Part shown: positions 1 through 9,636 of the stretch, in pieces
Position numbering within the stretch: the first letter of the stretch is position 1
Layout: the number at the start of each line of letters is the position of its first letter
IMG/VR virus record: IMGVR_UViG_3300025122_006001
Reading direction: 5' to 3' (one strand)
DNA length: 64,000 bases
DNA from: a virus
Taxonomy: Duplodnaviria; Heunggongvirae; Uroviricota; Caudoviricetes
Program-made: the position numbers and the translations under genes
The notes under the pieces: generated by a model
The model's input: the letters and a program-made list of their open reading frames with translations, nothing else
Told to the model about the DNA's origin: nothing
Database searches by the model: none

Positions 1-928
1 GACTAGTATAAGCAGGTGGAACGTATTCAACACTAATACCCTTAGCGGCAGCTTTATACTCAACAAAGAATTGACACTGCTTGAATGGCCAACGATGATT
101 CCTAGCTCGCTGTTTATGATGCATCTTTTTCTTTTTCTTGCTCTTGCGAATACCTGTGAGGTTTTCCATAACAATAGTTTTAGCATCTACTTCTTGAGCA
201 AAAGACACCAGTTGCTTACTAGCAACGTGACACAGTTCTTGCGTTACGGACTTCTCTTTCCCGCTAAGCCTCTTCAAGAGACGTTTAGCAGAAGGAGTGC
301 CAACGCTAGCAACTTTTGCTCTTGTTTTACGAATACAAAGTCTGCGATGATTAAGTTGATTGCCAGAAATATATTTAGTTTTATTAGTTTTCTTGTCAAC
401 AGCAGTCAACAAGTTTTTGATACCCGAATCAACTCCAATGATTGTTCCTGTTTTTTTAGACTCAGGGATATCTATTTCAATAGTAAGGCAAATATACCAT
501 TGTTTATGAAAAAGTTTAAGTCTAGAACTCAACCACTTTCCTTCGGGTAGTTTTCTAGCTTTATATTTAATAGGTTCGCCCCAAACAGTCAAACCTCTAG
601 TTTTAGAGATATTAAAATCACGTCTCCAGCAAAGTGGAACATTGATTTTCTTGTAAACAGCAAGACTCCATTTTTTGTTAGATCTCATGCTCCGATATGT
701 AGAAACAACATGTCTAAACAGCGAACAGGTTACTTGGCTAGGAAGATGAAATTTTTTACGAATAGTACCATAAAACTCTTTACAAAGTTTATTAGGAGTA
801 TCTGGTTTGCCTCTTTTAAAAATAATCTTAGAAAGCCAGTTAACAGCTTTCCTATAATTCATAGAAACATCTTCAAACTTAGCATGTTTAGAAGTAATTT
901 TCAGTTTATATGTTCTGAGTGTTTTCAC
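1..928 (-). CDS. tnpB: TnpB-like RNA-guided endonuclease (IS605 OrfB family), partial; the C-terminus runs off the window start
   Basis: Absent from the ORF track because there is no stop inside the window. Minus-strand translation from the ATG at 686-688 reads MRSNKKWSLAVYKK..TIIGVDSGIKNLLTAVD (RuvC-I) ..IVMENLTGIRK (RuvC-II) ..KGISVEYVPPAYTS (start of the Zn-finger/RuvC-III region). The frame is open upstream to a stop at 965-967, and the N-terminal piece LRTYKLKITSKH resembles TnpB N-termini. Candidate GTG start at 926-928; the ATG at 686 is an alternative. Confidence 0.6.
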   Translation of the reverse strand, partial: MKTLRTYKLKITSKHAKFEDVSMNYRKAVNWLSKIIFKRGKPDTPNKLCKEFYGTIRKKFHLPSQVTCSLFRHVVSTYRSMRSNKKWSLAVYKKINVPLCWRRDFNISKTRGLTVWGEPIKYKARKLPEGKWLSSRLKLFHKQWYICLTIEIDIPESKKTGTIIGVDSGIKNLLTAVDKKTNKTKYISGNQLNHRRLCIRKTRAKVASVGTPSAKRLLKRLSGKEKSVTQELCHVASKQLVSFAQEVDAKTIVMENLTGIRKSKKKKKMHHKQRARNHRWPFKQCQFFVEYKAAAKGISVEYVPPAYTS

Positions 929-975
929 GCTATTAATAGTTTCGACATAACTGGACGAAAACCTTTAATAGATTA

Positions 976-1710
976 TCATGTGAAAATGATATCCTCAGAA
1001 AACATACGATAATCATATACAATTCCTTCATTATCTTTTTGTCTAGATCGAAGATAATACTTTTGTGTTCTAGTAAGAAATTGCGATTCTTTAGACACAT
1101 ACCTCATTCGCCTGGTTGCAAAATTTGACCCCACTCCTTCAGACAGAAGTGGTTTAAATTCGTCAACATCTCGTTCAAAGAACCAATTCGCCACATCATT
1201 GCTGCTATCTATTGTAAATATAATATTAGAGAATAATGCATCTGTTGCCAACTGTAACTCAAAATGATAAAATACAAATTTCTTTGCTTCATCAAGAATA
1301 TCAAACTCAAACTCCCAATGCCCTGTGTCGAGCGAATTCTCAGCAGAAACACTTTTTGCTGGATCTGTCAATAAGGTAACAATTGTGCTAAGTTTAAATT
1401 CTTGTTCGGCTAAGAACTCATCAAGAGTCTTAAAATAAGCTGTAAGATCACTGAATTTATTTCTTTTTTCAATATACCGAAACAGCTCATTTGTCGCTGG
1501 TTGTAAATCAGAAGTAATAACATCAATGGTTCTAGAGTTGCTTAATGCGTTAGACGACAAGAGTAAATCTACTTTTGTGCGAACATCTGTGCTCGACATA
1601 ATTGTGCCTCTGGTCTCTCCAAGGGCGTCTTCTACTCGATACAGATATGCAATAGCTTTGCCCAGGTCAATGGACATCAATCGCCAGCTTTCGTTCTCAG
1701 TAATCGCCAT
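976..1710 (-). CDS. hypothetical protein (244 aa)
   Basis: Long minus-strand ORF co-oriented with its neighbours; no motif recognised. Confidence 0.4.
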   Translation of the reverse strand: MAITENESWRLMSIDLGKAIAYLYRVEDALGETRGTIMSSTDVRTKVDLLLSSNALSNSRTIDVITSDLQPATNELFRYIEKRNKFSDLTAYFKTLDEFLAEQEFKLSTIVTLLTDPAKSVSAENSLDTGHWEFEFDILDEAKKFVFYHFELQLATDALFSNIIFTIDSSNDVANWFFERDVDEFKPLLSEGVGSNFATRRMRYVSKESQFLTRTQKYYLRSRQKDNEGIVYDYRMFSEDIIFT

Positions 1711-1731
1711 TTCTGTATTATTTTCGCATAT

Positions 1732-2691
1732 TTATGGGCTCTGTCCTTCATTATGAAGCCGAGCAACCCAGTTTTGAAATGATTTATTTTCTCTTATCTG
1801 TTCGCTAGAGCTATCATAATCAATTTGATGCCTTAATATGGCACAAAGATATTTCATCACTATTTCTTGGTCTGGCACCTGCCAATCTAAAAAATATTTT
1901 AATTGAGATGGGTCACTTGCGCATTCAAGGGTAACGCCAGACCCAGAAAACATACTATCGCCTAACGTAGCAACCTTAATTCCAAACATTGGACACTCTG
2001 TGGCTAGTGTGGAATTGACACATATTAGTCCACAACATTTATTTAAAGTATCATAGGCGTTCGGGCTTTCATCTACTGTCCAGTGGTCTTGCCAGCAACT
2101 AGGAAACCGTTTTTGGGAAAAACCCCTGCGATCTGAAGCTCTTGGGTGCGGTCGAATCAAAGTAGGATATTTAGGGCCGTATTTTGCAAGTAATGTCAAC
2201 CCAGCTTCCACAGAGCCCATATCTGGAGTTTTTGCTGGAAAATAAAACCTAGCTGAACTATCAGAGCCCCTTTGAATAGCATAGAGAAGTGGTCCATTCG
2301 TATTAGAATGAGCAAATAATTTGCACTTCAAATCGTTAATACAAATATGTTCAACTCTATCTGCCTCTGCCTTGGCATATCCGTCTAGATATTGTTTGTT
2401 TTTACAAAGCGAAGAATAATTAAACCAGCCGTCTTCATCAATCCAGATTCTTTTTGACTGACATAAAAAGCCATGCTCAACAAACAAAACATCTTTACGG
2501 TGTTCATAGGCAGTCCCCGGCACCTTTAATCCCCAAGTAATTAGTCTTCTGTCAGTCTGAAACTGCTCCCGCCACTTTTTAACACGAAATCCATTCGTTA
2601 ACTCTATCCCTTCAGAAAAAGCAGCCTGCCGGAATACTTCTCCGAGTCTGCCTTTGGCAATTTTATTTAAATAAATTTTTGCGTCTATCAT
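1732..2691 (-). CDS. hypothetical protein (319 aa)
   Basis: Long minus-strand ORF with protein-like composition; no confident motif. Confidence 0.4.
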   Translation of the reverse strand: MIDAKIYLNKIAKGRLGEVFRQAAFSEGIELTNGFRVKKWREQFQTDRRLITWGLKVPGTAYEHRKDVLFVEHGFLCQSKRIWIDEDGWFNYSSLCKNKQYLDGYAKAEADRVEHICINDLKCKLFAHSNTNGPLLYAIQRGSDSSARFYFPAKTPDMGSVEAGLTLLAKYGPKYPTLIRPHPRASDRRGFSQKRFPSCWQDHWTVDESPNAYDTLNKCCGLICVNSTLATECPMFGIKVATLGDSMFSGSGVTLECASDPSQLKYFLDWQVPDQEIVMKYLCAILRHQIDYDSSSEQIRENKSFQNWVARLHNEGQSP

Positions 2692-2760
2692 CGTATATGA
2701 TTTTAATCGACAAACTTCTGTATATTATGACGGCGACGGCGAGGACAATCCAGTCGAAGA

Positions 2761-3649
2761 GCTGCTAACCGAAGAACTACTAGAACTGCTCGAACTACTT
2801 GAACTGCTAACCGATGAACTACTAGAACTACTAGAACTACTGACTGATGAACTGCTAGAACTTACTGAACTACTACTAGAACTGCTTGAACTGCTTAATG
2901 AAGAACTACTAGAACTACTAGAACTACTAGAACTGCTTGAACTACTTAATGAAGAACTGCTAGAACTAAGTGATGAACTGCTTGAGCTTGAAGAGCTACT
3001 AAGTGAACTACTTAAACTTGAAGAGCTGCTTACTGAACTACTTGAACTACTTGACGAAGAGCTAACCGAACTACTAGAACTGCTTACTGATGAGCTGCTA
3101 GATCTACTAGAACTACTAATTGAACTACTGCTAGAACTACTAAGCGAGCTGCTACTGGAACTACTAAGAGCTACTGGAACTGCTGACAGAGCTGCTGCTA
3201 GAACTACTAGAGCTACTTAATGAAGAACTGCTTAAACTACTCGAACTACTTGAGCTCGAACTACTCGAGCTGCTAACAGACGAACTGCTTGAACTGCTTG
3301 AACTGCTTAGCGAGCTACTTGAGCTGCTAGATAATGAACTGCTTGAGCTGCTTAATGAACTACTGCTAGAGCTACTGCTTAACGAACTACTTGAACTACT
3401 TAACGAACTGCTTGAACTGCTTGAACTGCTAACTGAAGAACTGCTAGAACTAAGAGAACTGCTAGAGCTACTAACAGAACTGCTAGAGCTACTAAGAGAA
3501 CTACTAGAGCTACTAGAACTACTTGCCGAGGAACTAGATGAAAGACTAGAACTGCTAGAACTACCAGAAGAGCTTGAAGAACTTTGTGAACTACTACTGC
3601 TTGAAGAAGAGCTTTGTGAACTACTGCTACTTGAATCAGACGAACTACT
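2761..3649 (-). repeat. poly-serine tandem-repeat coding tract; minus-strand codons are AGT/AGC/TCT/TCG runs with periodic L/V/Q
   Basis: Plus strand is gaactactagaactgct.. repeated for ~900 nt. Minus-strand frame B (plus codon phase 2) is open from 3649 to a TAG at 3125-3127; frame C (phase 1) is open from 3216 to a TAG at 2758-2760. The minus strand has no ATG, GTG or TTG anywhere in the tract. The tract begins 3 nt after a TGA and overlaps the stop of ORF 3648..4691 in the +1 frame. Confidence 0.7.
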
Positions 3650-4691
3650 AGCTCCTCATAGGGGTGTCGAAGTCTATTACTTGCGTTCTTCCAGGGAAGT
3701 GAACTTGTAAAAGAGGGTCACCGAAAAAATTAATTGTCCAGTCTACGAACCTACTACTATATAATAATGCCTCTCCAGAAGTCGCCCCATTAAGCAGGGT
3801 GCGGAAAAAAGGTCTCGGGCGAAGAAAACCTTTAATAGTTGGGTTTGACATCGCTCCCGCTGTATTTATATAATTTGAGCGTATTGCAAGAGAAACCCAT
3901 CGCCGGTCATTAAGATCACGAACTGTAAAAGCCCCGTCATTATCTGCATTGTAGAAGAAGAAACGAGATGAATTAGTTTCTTGAAAGAACGAGAGGCTGC
4001 TGCGATCTGCGAACCATGACCACGTAAAAGAATCATCTTTAACAAATGGCAACACCACGTCAACATAGGGGTCAAGAAAAACAGTCGAAAATACATCTAA
4101 ATTTGTCTCAACTAGCTCTCTATTGGAAAAATCTAATATTTCATCTTGATATTCAGTTGCATCTGCGCCCAGGATGCCACTATAAGGGTCAATATAAAAC
4201 TTCCCTTTAGCAAATGACTGCTTTCTAAATTCGCTTGTGCGGTCTATGAAATCATTTGCTATATCAACTGTAGCGGCATCAATCCTAGAAGTGATTAAAG
4301 CAAACTGAGCATCTATGGCATCAAATCGCTTGAATGCAGCCCTGTCAAATAAATGATTTCTTAATTGCTTTTGAAAATCATGATGAATTCTTGAAAGCCG
4401 AGAAGTGGTCGCGATAATATCTTCACCATCTCTAAAGCCTCCTGGAACATTAAATCCTGTGATAATTCCCCAGATACGGCGCCCCGATGAGGCAATGGCA
4501 TCTTTAATAGGATTAAGAACTTCATCGTTAAATGTTTTTTCATTAGGCAGGATTTCCCTATCGCTACAAGGAATAGCGACGAGCTGCTCAGAATCTAGGT
4601 CACGAAGTGCTCTATATCTGTTGGCAACATTAAAGCTATCGATGTCTCCGGATCGATAAGTAAAAAGAATATTTTCTTTCGAAATAGGCAT
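3648..4691 (-). CDS. hypothetical protein (347 aa), probable N-terminal domain of a Ser-rich repeat protein
   Basis: ORF track entry. Ends ..DTPMRS then TAG TAG; the poly-Ser tract follows in the +1 frame with no start codon of its own. Confidence 0.5.
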   Translation of the reverse strand: MPISKENILFTYRSGDIDSFNVANRYRALRDLDSEQLVAIPCSDREILPNEKTFNDEVLNPIKDAIASSGRRIWGIITGFNVPGGFRDGEDIIATTSRLSRIHHDFQKQLRNHLFDRAAFKRFDAIDAQFALITSRIDAATVDIANDFIDRTSEFRKQSFAKGKFYIDPYSGILGADATEYQDEILDFSNRELVETNLDVFSTVFLDPYVDVVLPFVKDDSFTWSWFADRSSLSFFQETNSSRFFFYNADNDGAFTVRDLNDRRWVSLAIRSNYINTAGAMSNPTIKGFLRPRPFFRTLLNGATSGEALLYSSRFVDWTINFFGDPLLQVHFPGRTQVIDFDTPMRS

Positions 4692-4753
4692 AAGATAGAT
4701 TAATATAATTATCGGGTCTGAGACAAAAAACCTTTAGAGATCGTTAAAAAGAT

Positions 4754-5623
4754 ATGGCAAAACCACTGATAAGCACATGTGCTGCATCTAACAGGCCATT
4801 CTTATGGCTAGAGTTTCGTGAAAAGCTTATGAAGTATAAAAAAGATGTAGATTTTGAAATGGTTTTCGTAGGACCTAATGAACCTGATTTCAAATTACCC
4901 ACAGATATAAATTTCATAAAAACAGCAAATATAAAAACGGGGCAATGTGCCGAAATTGCTTTAAAAGAATCGCAAGGAGAAATGGCAGTATTCTTAGGCG
5001 ATGATGTTACGTTCTGGCAAGCAGGTTTTGATGACCTATACAGAGAACACCAAAGATTATGCGATGAGGAAGGAACTCACAAAATAATCACTTTACCAAA
5101 ATTTAAATCCTCGGGTATCTATCCTGTCCTTGAGTATCCCAAATGCCGGTTCCAGAACAGACCATACGCAAGTTTAGTAGGGGCGCTTATAGACAAAAAA
5201 CTACTTAAAGAATTAAAAGAGCCAGCAGGATGGCTTGATCAGAGATTCACAGGAGTTTATTGGGATTGCGACCTTGCCATGAGGTTCAATGAAGCGGGAG
5301 TAAAAACTATAAAATTAGAAAACCTAATCTCTGTGGAATTTTTCACGCCAGAAACTAAAAAAACACGCATTCACCAGACATGCAAACCTGTTGACTGGGA
5401 AGTACTACATAGCCTCTGGGTCAGAGATAGGCGAGAAGACGAAAAAGACGAAGATTTCCCGACAGAAGATGCTTATGGCCCTGTAAGATTCAGAAAACCT
5501 AGTGTTTTATCTAAAAAACGCCTGAAGAGCCTTATGAGGTTTGAAGATAAGGATTTGCTTACTAAGTCGCAAGGGCCTAAATCAATTATCCAAGATGGCA
5601 AGATTTTGTTAGAATGGGAATGA
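4754..5623 (+). CDS. hypothetical protein (289 aa)
   Basis: Plus-strand ORF sitting in a divergent gap; protein-like composition, no motif recognised. Confidence 0.4.
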   Translation: MAKPLISTCAASNRPFLWLEFREKLMKYKKDVDFEMVFVGPNEPDFKLPTDINFIKTANIKTGQCAEIALKESQGEMAVFLGDDVTFWQAGFDDLYREHQRLCDEEGTHKIITLPKFKSSGIYPVLEYPKCRFQNRPYASLVGALIDKKLLKELKEPAGWLDQRFTGVYWDCDLAMRFNEAGVKTIKLENLISVEFFTPETKKTRIHQTCKPVDWEVLHSLWVRDRREDEKDEDFPTEDAYGPVRFRKPSVLSKKRLKSLMRFEDKDLLTKSQGPKSIIQDGKILLEWE

Positions 5624-5667
5624 TTATTTCATCCCCGTGCTCCCATAACCTCCACCTCGATCATTTT

Positions 5668-6123
5668 TTAAATCTTCTTCAGAAACTCCTCAACTTCAAT
5701 AATTCCCGCCCTTTGAACCCTTTTAATAACACCCTGGGCAATCCGATCTCCATGATATATGCGGAACGGCGAGTTTCCTAAATTAAATAAAGCAATTTTT
5801 ATCTCACCTTTAAAATCTTCATCTACTGTTCCAAAATGTATAATTATTGAATTCCTGAACGCTAATCCGCTACGCGGCCTTATTTGTATCTCATACCCAA
5901 GTGGAATTGCCACAGATAAACCAGTAGTAACAATGCCTTTTTGACTTGGATAAATATCTAAATATACATCGCCTTTAGCATCTTTTTTAATTTGTTGATT
6001 AAAAGATAATGCTTCGTCTACAACTGCATGAAAGTCAAAACCCGCCGCAAAGTTTGTTTGATAACGGGGAATAGCAGCTTGGGGATGTAGTTTCTTAAAC
6101 GTTAATAGTATTGATGGCGTCAT
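5668..6123 (-). CDS. dut: dUTP diphosphatase
   Basis: dUTPase motifs AAGFDFHAV (motif I-like), RPRSGLAF (motif II), and GTVDEDFKGEI (GxID-DYxG-like motif III); 151 aa. Confidence 0.75.
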   Translation of the reverse strand: MTPSILLTFKKLHPQAAIPRYQTNFAAGFDFHAVVDEALSFNQQIKKDAKGDVYLDIYPSQKGIVTTGLSVAIPLGYEIQIRPRSGLAFRNSIIIHFGTVDEDFKGEIKIALFNLGNSPFRIYHGDRIAQGVIKRVQRAGIIEVEEFLKKI

Positions 6124-6153
6124 AACAAAATACTACAGAATTTTTAGCCACAT

Positions 6154-6891
6154 CTAGGAACATTTATATTCATGCACAGATCGACATAAAAAATTAAAAT
6201 ATTCAACAACGTGCGTATTCTTCATTTTATTGATGTCCTTATGCAACCAATGAACATTACTTTTAATGTATCCCTGTTCATTATCAATGCGGTCAAGCGA
6301 TGCGGTGCAATCAACATGCTTAAATTTATCTCTACTCCTGACTCCAAAAGTTAAAGGCAGTCCACTCAACGCACATCGCTCATTTTGTTTCTCAAATAAC
6401 CCATGTAAATATTTGGCATCAAGTTCGAACTTTAAATTTCTACGTTTTGCGTTGCTCCTAATTTGTGCAAGATGGGAACCTTGAAGCGACTTGTGACCAT
6501 TGAAAGAAGGATGCTTTTGTCCGCATGGATTCATTTGACACCCACAGGATCTATTCGAACCGCGCCTTAGTGTCGTTGAACTAAAAACCCTTTCCTTTCC
6601 ACACGCCTGACACAAGCAAAGCCAGAACATATTCCTTGAATTTGGCTTATCAAATCTATCTTTGACCAGTAAATAACCTATCTGCATCCCAATTTTCACA
6701 TAGTTATTGGCACAACCACAGGAAGAAGGGGCACATTTCCTAAGCTGGTCTGATCTATATGATTTTAATCTCCCACAATCACACCTACATTTCCAATAAA
6801 CTTCTTTATGCTGACCAATACCGCGTGAAAAATCTCTTTCTAAAACTGTTAACATGTTAAATGCACGCCCAGTTAAATCAATAGTTTTCAT
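6154..6891 (-). CDS. HNH homing endonuclease with N-terminal Cys-rich Zn-binding region
   Basis: CRCDCG..CGCANN..CGCQ cysteine clusters, then CALSGLPL..HVDCTASLDRIDNEQGYIKSNVHWLHKDINKMK, the HNH/DRIDN-type signature. Confidence 0.6.
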   Translation of the reverse strand: MKTIDLTGRAFNMLTVLERDFSRGIGQHKEVYWKCRCDCGRLKSYRSDQLRKCAPSSCGCANNYVKIGMQIGYLLVKDRFDKPNSRNMFWLCLCQACGKERVFSSTTLRRGSNRSCGCQMNPCGQKHPSFNGHKSLQGSHLAQIRSNAKRRNLKFELDAKYLHGLFEKQNERCALSGLPLTFGVRSRDKFKHVDCTASLDRIDNEQGYIKSNVHWLHKDINKMKNTHVVEYFNFLCRSVHEYKCS

Positions 6892-6895
6892 AAAT

Positions 6896-6929
6896 AATCT
6901 CCTAATATCTACAAATATATTAGGAGATT
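6896..6929 (-). promoter_or_regulatory. 13-bp perfect hairpin enclosing the Shine-Dalgarno of the HNH gene, immediately 3' of nrdJ
   Basis: aatctcctaatat(6896-6908) + 8-nt loop + atattaggagatt(6917-6929). On the minus strand AGGAG lies 7 nt before the ATG at 6889-6891. Confidence 0.35.
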
Positions 6930-6963
6930 ATTACGCTGTATCCTTTATCTATTCTTTTTGTTC

Positions 6964-9492
6964 TTAGTGGCAAGCGCTATAGCCGCAACTTTTACAAACC
7001 ACACAACCTGAGCTTCTTTCTAGTTCTGAACTGCTACATGAGGGGCAGTCACTCCCTGTCACCCTTGTGCCATCTGCTATCCATTTTTTTAATACTCTAG
7101 CAATAGCTTTAGATGGACTCTGGAGGTCGCCTTTCGCTTTTTCGAGCTGATGCACGATAAACGAAGCATCTGCCCCGTGCCTTAGAGCAGTGGAAATCAT
7201 ACGGGTCAGTGACTCTTCTTCATCCGAACAAAAAGATGAGATATTTCTTAACTCAATATCTCCTTCAAACATGCCATGATATCTGCCCCTTGACTCTCGA
7301 AGCGTCTTTCCTTTTAAAGTCCCCCGCTTCGATACAAAGCCATTATTCCCAACGAAAACTTCATAAGGCTCAGTTCCATTTTTCAAAGATCCAACAATGA
7401 CAAAATAATGATCACCTTTAACGGTTGTGAAATATAACTCTGAGTCAAGAGCTTTCGGTCTCTTCGGAGCCGTCGTTTTTACGATAGAACCATTTCTCTC
7501 AGCCTTCTTTTCGACGAGCACGCCAGTGCGACAATCCTTACGATAAACAGTAATCCCTTTTGTCCCTGCTTTCCAAGCTGTTTCATATATCTCTGCAACC
7601 TGGTCAACAGTTACATCCTCTGGCAGATTCAACGTGGAACTAATACTATGGTCAATATGTTTCTGGGCCGCCGCCTGCAATTTAACCCGCTGCTTCCAAT
7701 CCAATTCTTCAGCACAACAACCAAACCAGGGAGACTTCTTAATATCTTTTTCTCCAGATTCATCTATCCAGTCTAAAACAGCAGACGGATAGACTTCAAA
7801 TTCCTGCCAATGGTCGCCACTTTGGTCTACAAAATCTGTTTTGGCATTCTCGTCGCTTGGATTAATTTTCTTTCGCCTCGTATATGGATGAACAGTAAAT
7901 TGTGGCTCAATACCAGACGATGTGCCAAAACGATTAATAGCCTTAGCTAAAATAGAAACGGTTCCAGCGGGAGCGGTCGTTAACAATGAAATATTACGGC
8001 GACCATGTTTCTTCATGTCATTCCACAAATCTTCATCTTGGTCTTTAATGCGAACTAAGAAGGGGCAGTCTTTTTCTTTTTCATGATCCCATACAGGAAA
8101 ATGTCCTATTTCCTTTGCCATATCGACAGAGCTTCGATAAGCATTAATCTTCAAAGATTGATAAATCTTTTCGGCTGTTCTCAGTCCTTTATCAGAACCA
8201 TAATCAATTCCCAAAGCTGCGAGTGTGTCGCCAAGAGCTGTAATACCAAGCCCTGTCCTTCTACCTTGCTCACAAGCCTTTTTAACACCTTTCCATAGAT
8301 TTAATTCAATCCGCTTAATATCTGCGGACTCTGGGTCGCTTGTTACTTTCTTGATAATATCATCAATCTTTTCAATTTCTAAATCAATGACATCATCCAT
8401 TAGTCTTTCTGCGACCATAACGTCTTCAGCAAAAGCATCAAAATCAAACTTTGCTGTTTTCTTAAATGGATGCTCCACATACGCAAAAAGATTAAGCAAT
8501 AAAAGGCGGCAACTGTCTAATGGACTCAAAGGTAGCTCGCTGCATGGGTTGGTGCAGGTCGTCCTAAAACCCTCTGACGCATAACAGTCAGCGGGCGATT
8601 CACGAATAATGTTGTCCCAAAAAATCAAGCCCGGCTCTGCCATTGCGTGTGCGTTTTCTACAATCTGCATCCATACATCGCGAGCTTTTACCATTTTAGA
8701 AATTTTTGGCTGTTCAGCATCAACAGTCCATCTTTGTTCATACTCTTCATCTTTTTGAACCGCATTAAGAAATTCGTCTGTTAAGCGAACAGAAATATTT
8801 GCTCCTGTTACTCTTGTTAGGTCTCGTTTAACTTTTACAAATTCTAAAATCTCTGGATGATGAACAGAAAGTGTCTGCATAAGTGCGCCCCTTCGCCCTG
8901 ACTGTCCAACTTCCCTGATCGAATTACTAAACCGCTCCATAAACGGAATAATACCAGTGCTAGTTTTAGCTGCATTTTTTGTTGCAGCCCCACTGGGTCT
9001 CAATGCTGAAAGATCAAGCCCTGTGCCGCCACGACGTTTTGAAATTTGAGAAAGCTGTTCGTCCGTGCGGTGGATTCCCCCATATGAATCTAAGGGAGAA
9101 TCTAGAACAAAACAATTCGAGAGACTAATTGTTTGAAACTGGTTCCCGGCACCATAAAGAATGCTGCCCTGTGGTATGATTCGTTTAAATTCATCGAGAT
9201 GTGAGAAAATCTCATCTTCTGTTAATGGTTTCTTAAATTTGTCTTTTTCTATCCGTGCAAACTCTCGAGCTAGCCGCCTGTGCATCTGATCTGGAGTCGC
9301 CTCTAAAAGTTCATCATTATTATTACGTAACGCATATTTGTCAAGAAAAACCTTAGCTGCCAAATCGTTTCCATTAAAGTACTTAAGCGACTTTTCAAAA
9401 GCTTCGTCGTAAGAATAAGTTGTTACGATGTCAATGACGGGTTGTTTTATTTCTCTTTCATGATTCACCTTTGGCTCAATAAGCACGGGCAT
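6964..9492 (-). CDS. nrdJ: class II (adenosylcobalamin-dependent) ribonucleotide reductase
   Basis: 842 aa; N-terminal ATP-cone-like region; catalytic-core motifs (SNCFV, TNPCSE); C-terminal CxxC..CxxC zinc ribbon CPSCSS..CVVCKSCGYSACH, typical of NrdJ. Confidence 0.85.
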   Translation of the reverse strand: MPVLIEPKVNHEREIKQPVIDIVTTYSYDEAFEKSLKYFNGNDLAAKVFLDKYALRNNNDELLEATPDQMHRRLAREFARIEKDKFKKPLTEDEIFSHLDEFKRIIPQGSILYGAGNQFQTISLSNCFVLDSPLDSYGGIHRTDEQLSQISKRRGGTGLDLSALRPSGAATKNAAKTSTGIIPFMERFSNSIREVGQSGRRGALMQTLSVHHPEILEFVKVKRDLTRVTGANISVRLTDEFLNAVQKDEEYEQRWTVDAEQPKISKMVKARDVWMQIVENAHAMAEPGLIFWDNIIRESPADCYASEGFRTTCTNPCSELPLSPLDSCRLLLLNLFAYVEHPFKKTAKFDFDAFAEDVMVAERLMDDVIDLEIEKIDDIIKKVTSDPESADIKRIELNLWKGVKKACEQGRRTGLGITALGDTLAALGIDYGSDKGLRTAEKIYQSLKINAYRSSVDMAKEIGHFPVWDHEKEKDCPFLVRIKDQDEDLWNDMKKHGRRNISLLTTAPAGTVSILAKAINRFGTSSGIEPQFTVHPYTRRKKINPSDENAKTDFVDQSGDHWQEFEVYPSAVLDWIDESGEKDIKKSPWFGCCAEELDWKQRVKLQAAAQKHIDHSISSTLNLPEDVTVDQVAEIYETAWKAGTKGITVYRKDCRTGVLVEKKAERNGSIVKTTAPKRPKALDSELYFTTVKGDHYFVIVGSLKNGTEPYEVFVGNNGFVSKRGTLKGKTLRESRGRYHGMFEGDIELRNISSFCSDEEESLTRMISTALRHGADASFIVHQLEKAKGDLQSPSKAIARVLKKWIADGTRVTGSDCPSCSSSELERSSGCVVCKSCGYSACH

Positions 9493-9636
9493 TATTTATA
9501 CTCTCCAATTTCAATAAAATGACACAGATTCTTCATGCATATCGTCAAGATTGCTTGGGAATCCTTCTGGCAAATTTTATACTTTTCTAAGTATTTCACT
9601 AACATGAGTGTCTATAGAAATTTAGAAGTGAAAAAA

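Noticed and set aside
71-1012. Plus-strand track ORFs 71..550 and 710..1012
   Set aside because: Low-complexity sequences lying antisense to a well-supported TnpB reading frame on the minus strand.
2740-3650. Possible CRISPR array, suggested by the highly regular short repeats
   Set aside because: There is no repeat-spacer alternation. The periodicity is 3-nt-based codon repetition (Ser codons) that is continuous with a coding frame.
6964-9492. Intein or intron inside nrdJ, a common occurrence in phage RNRs
   Set aside because: The protein reads continuously through the catalytic motifs with no endonuclease/Hint block. Its 842-aa length is explained by an ATP-cone and a C-terminal Zn ribbon.
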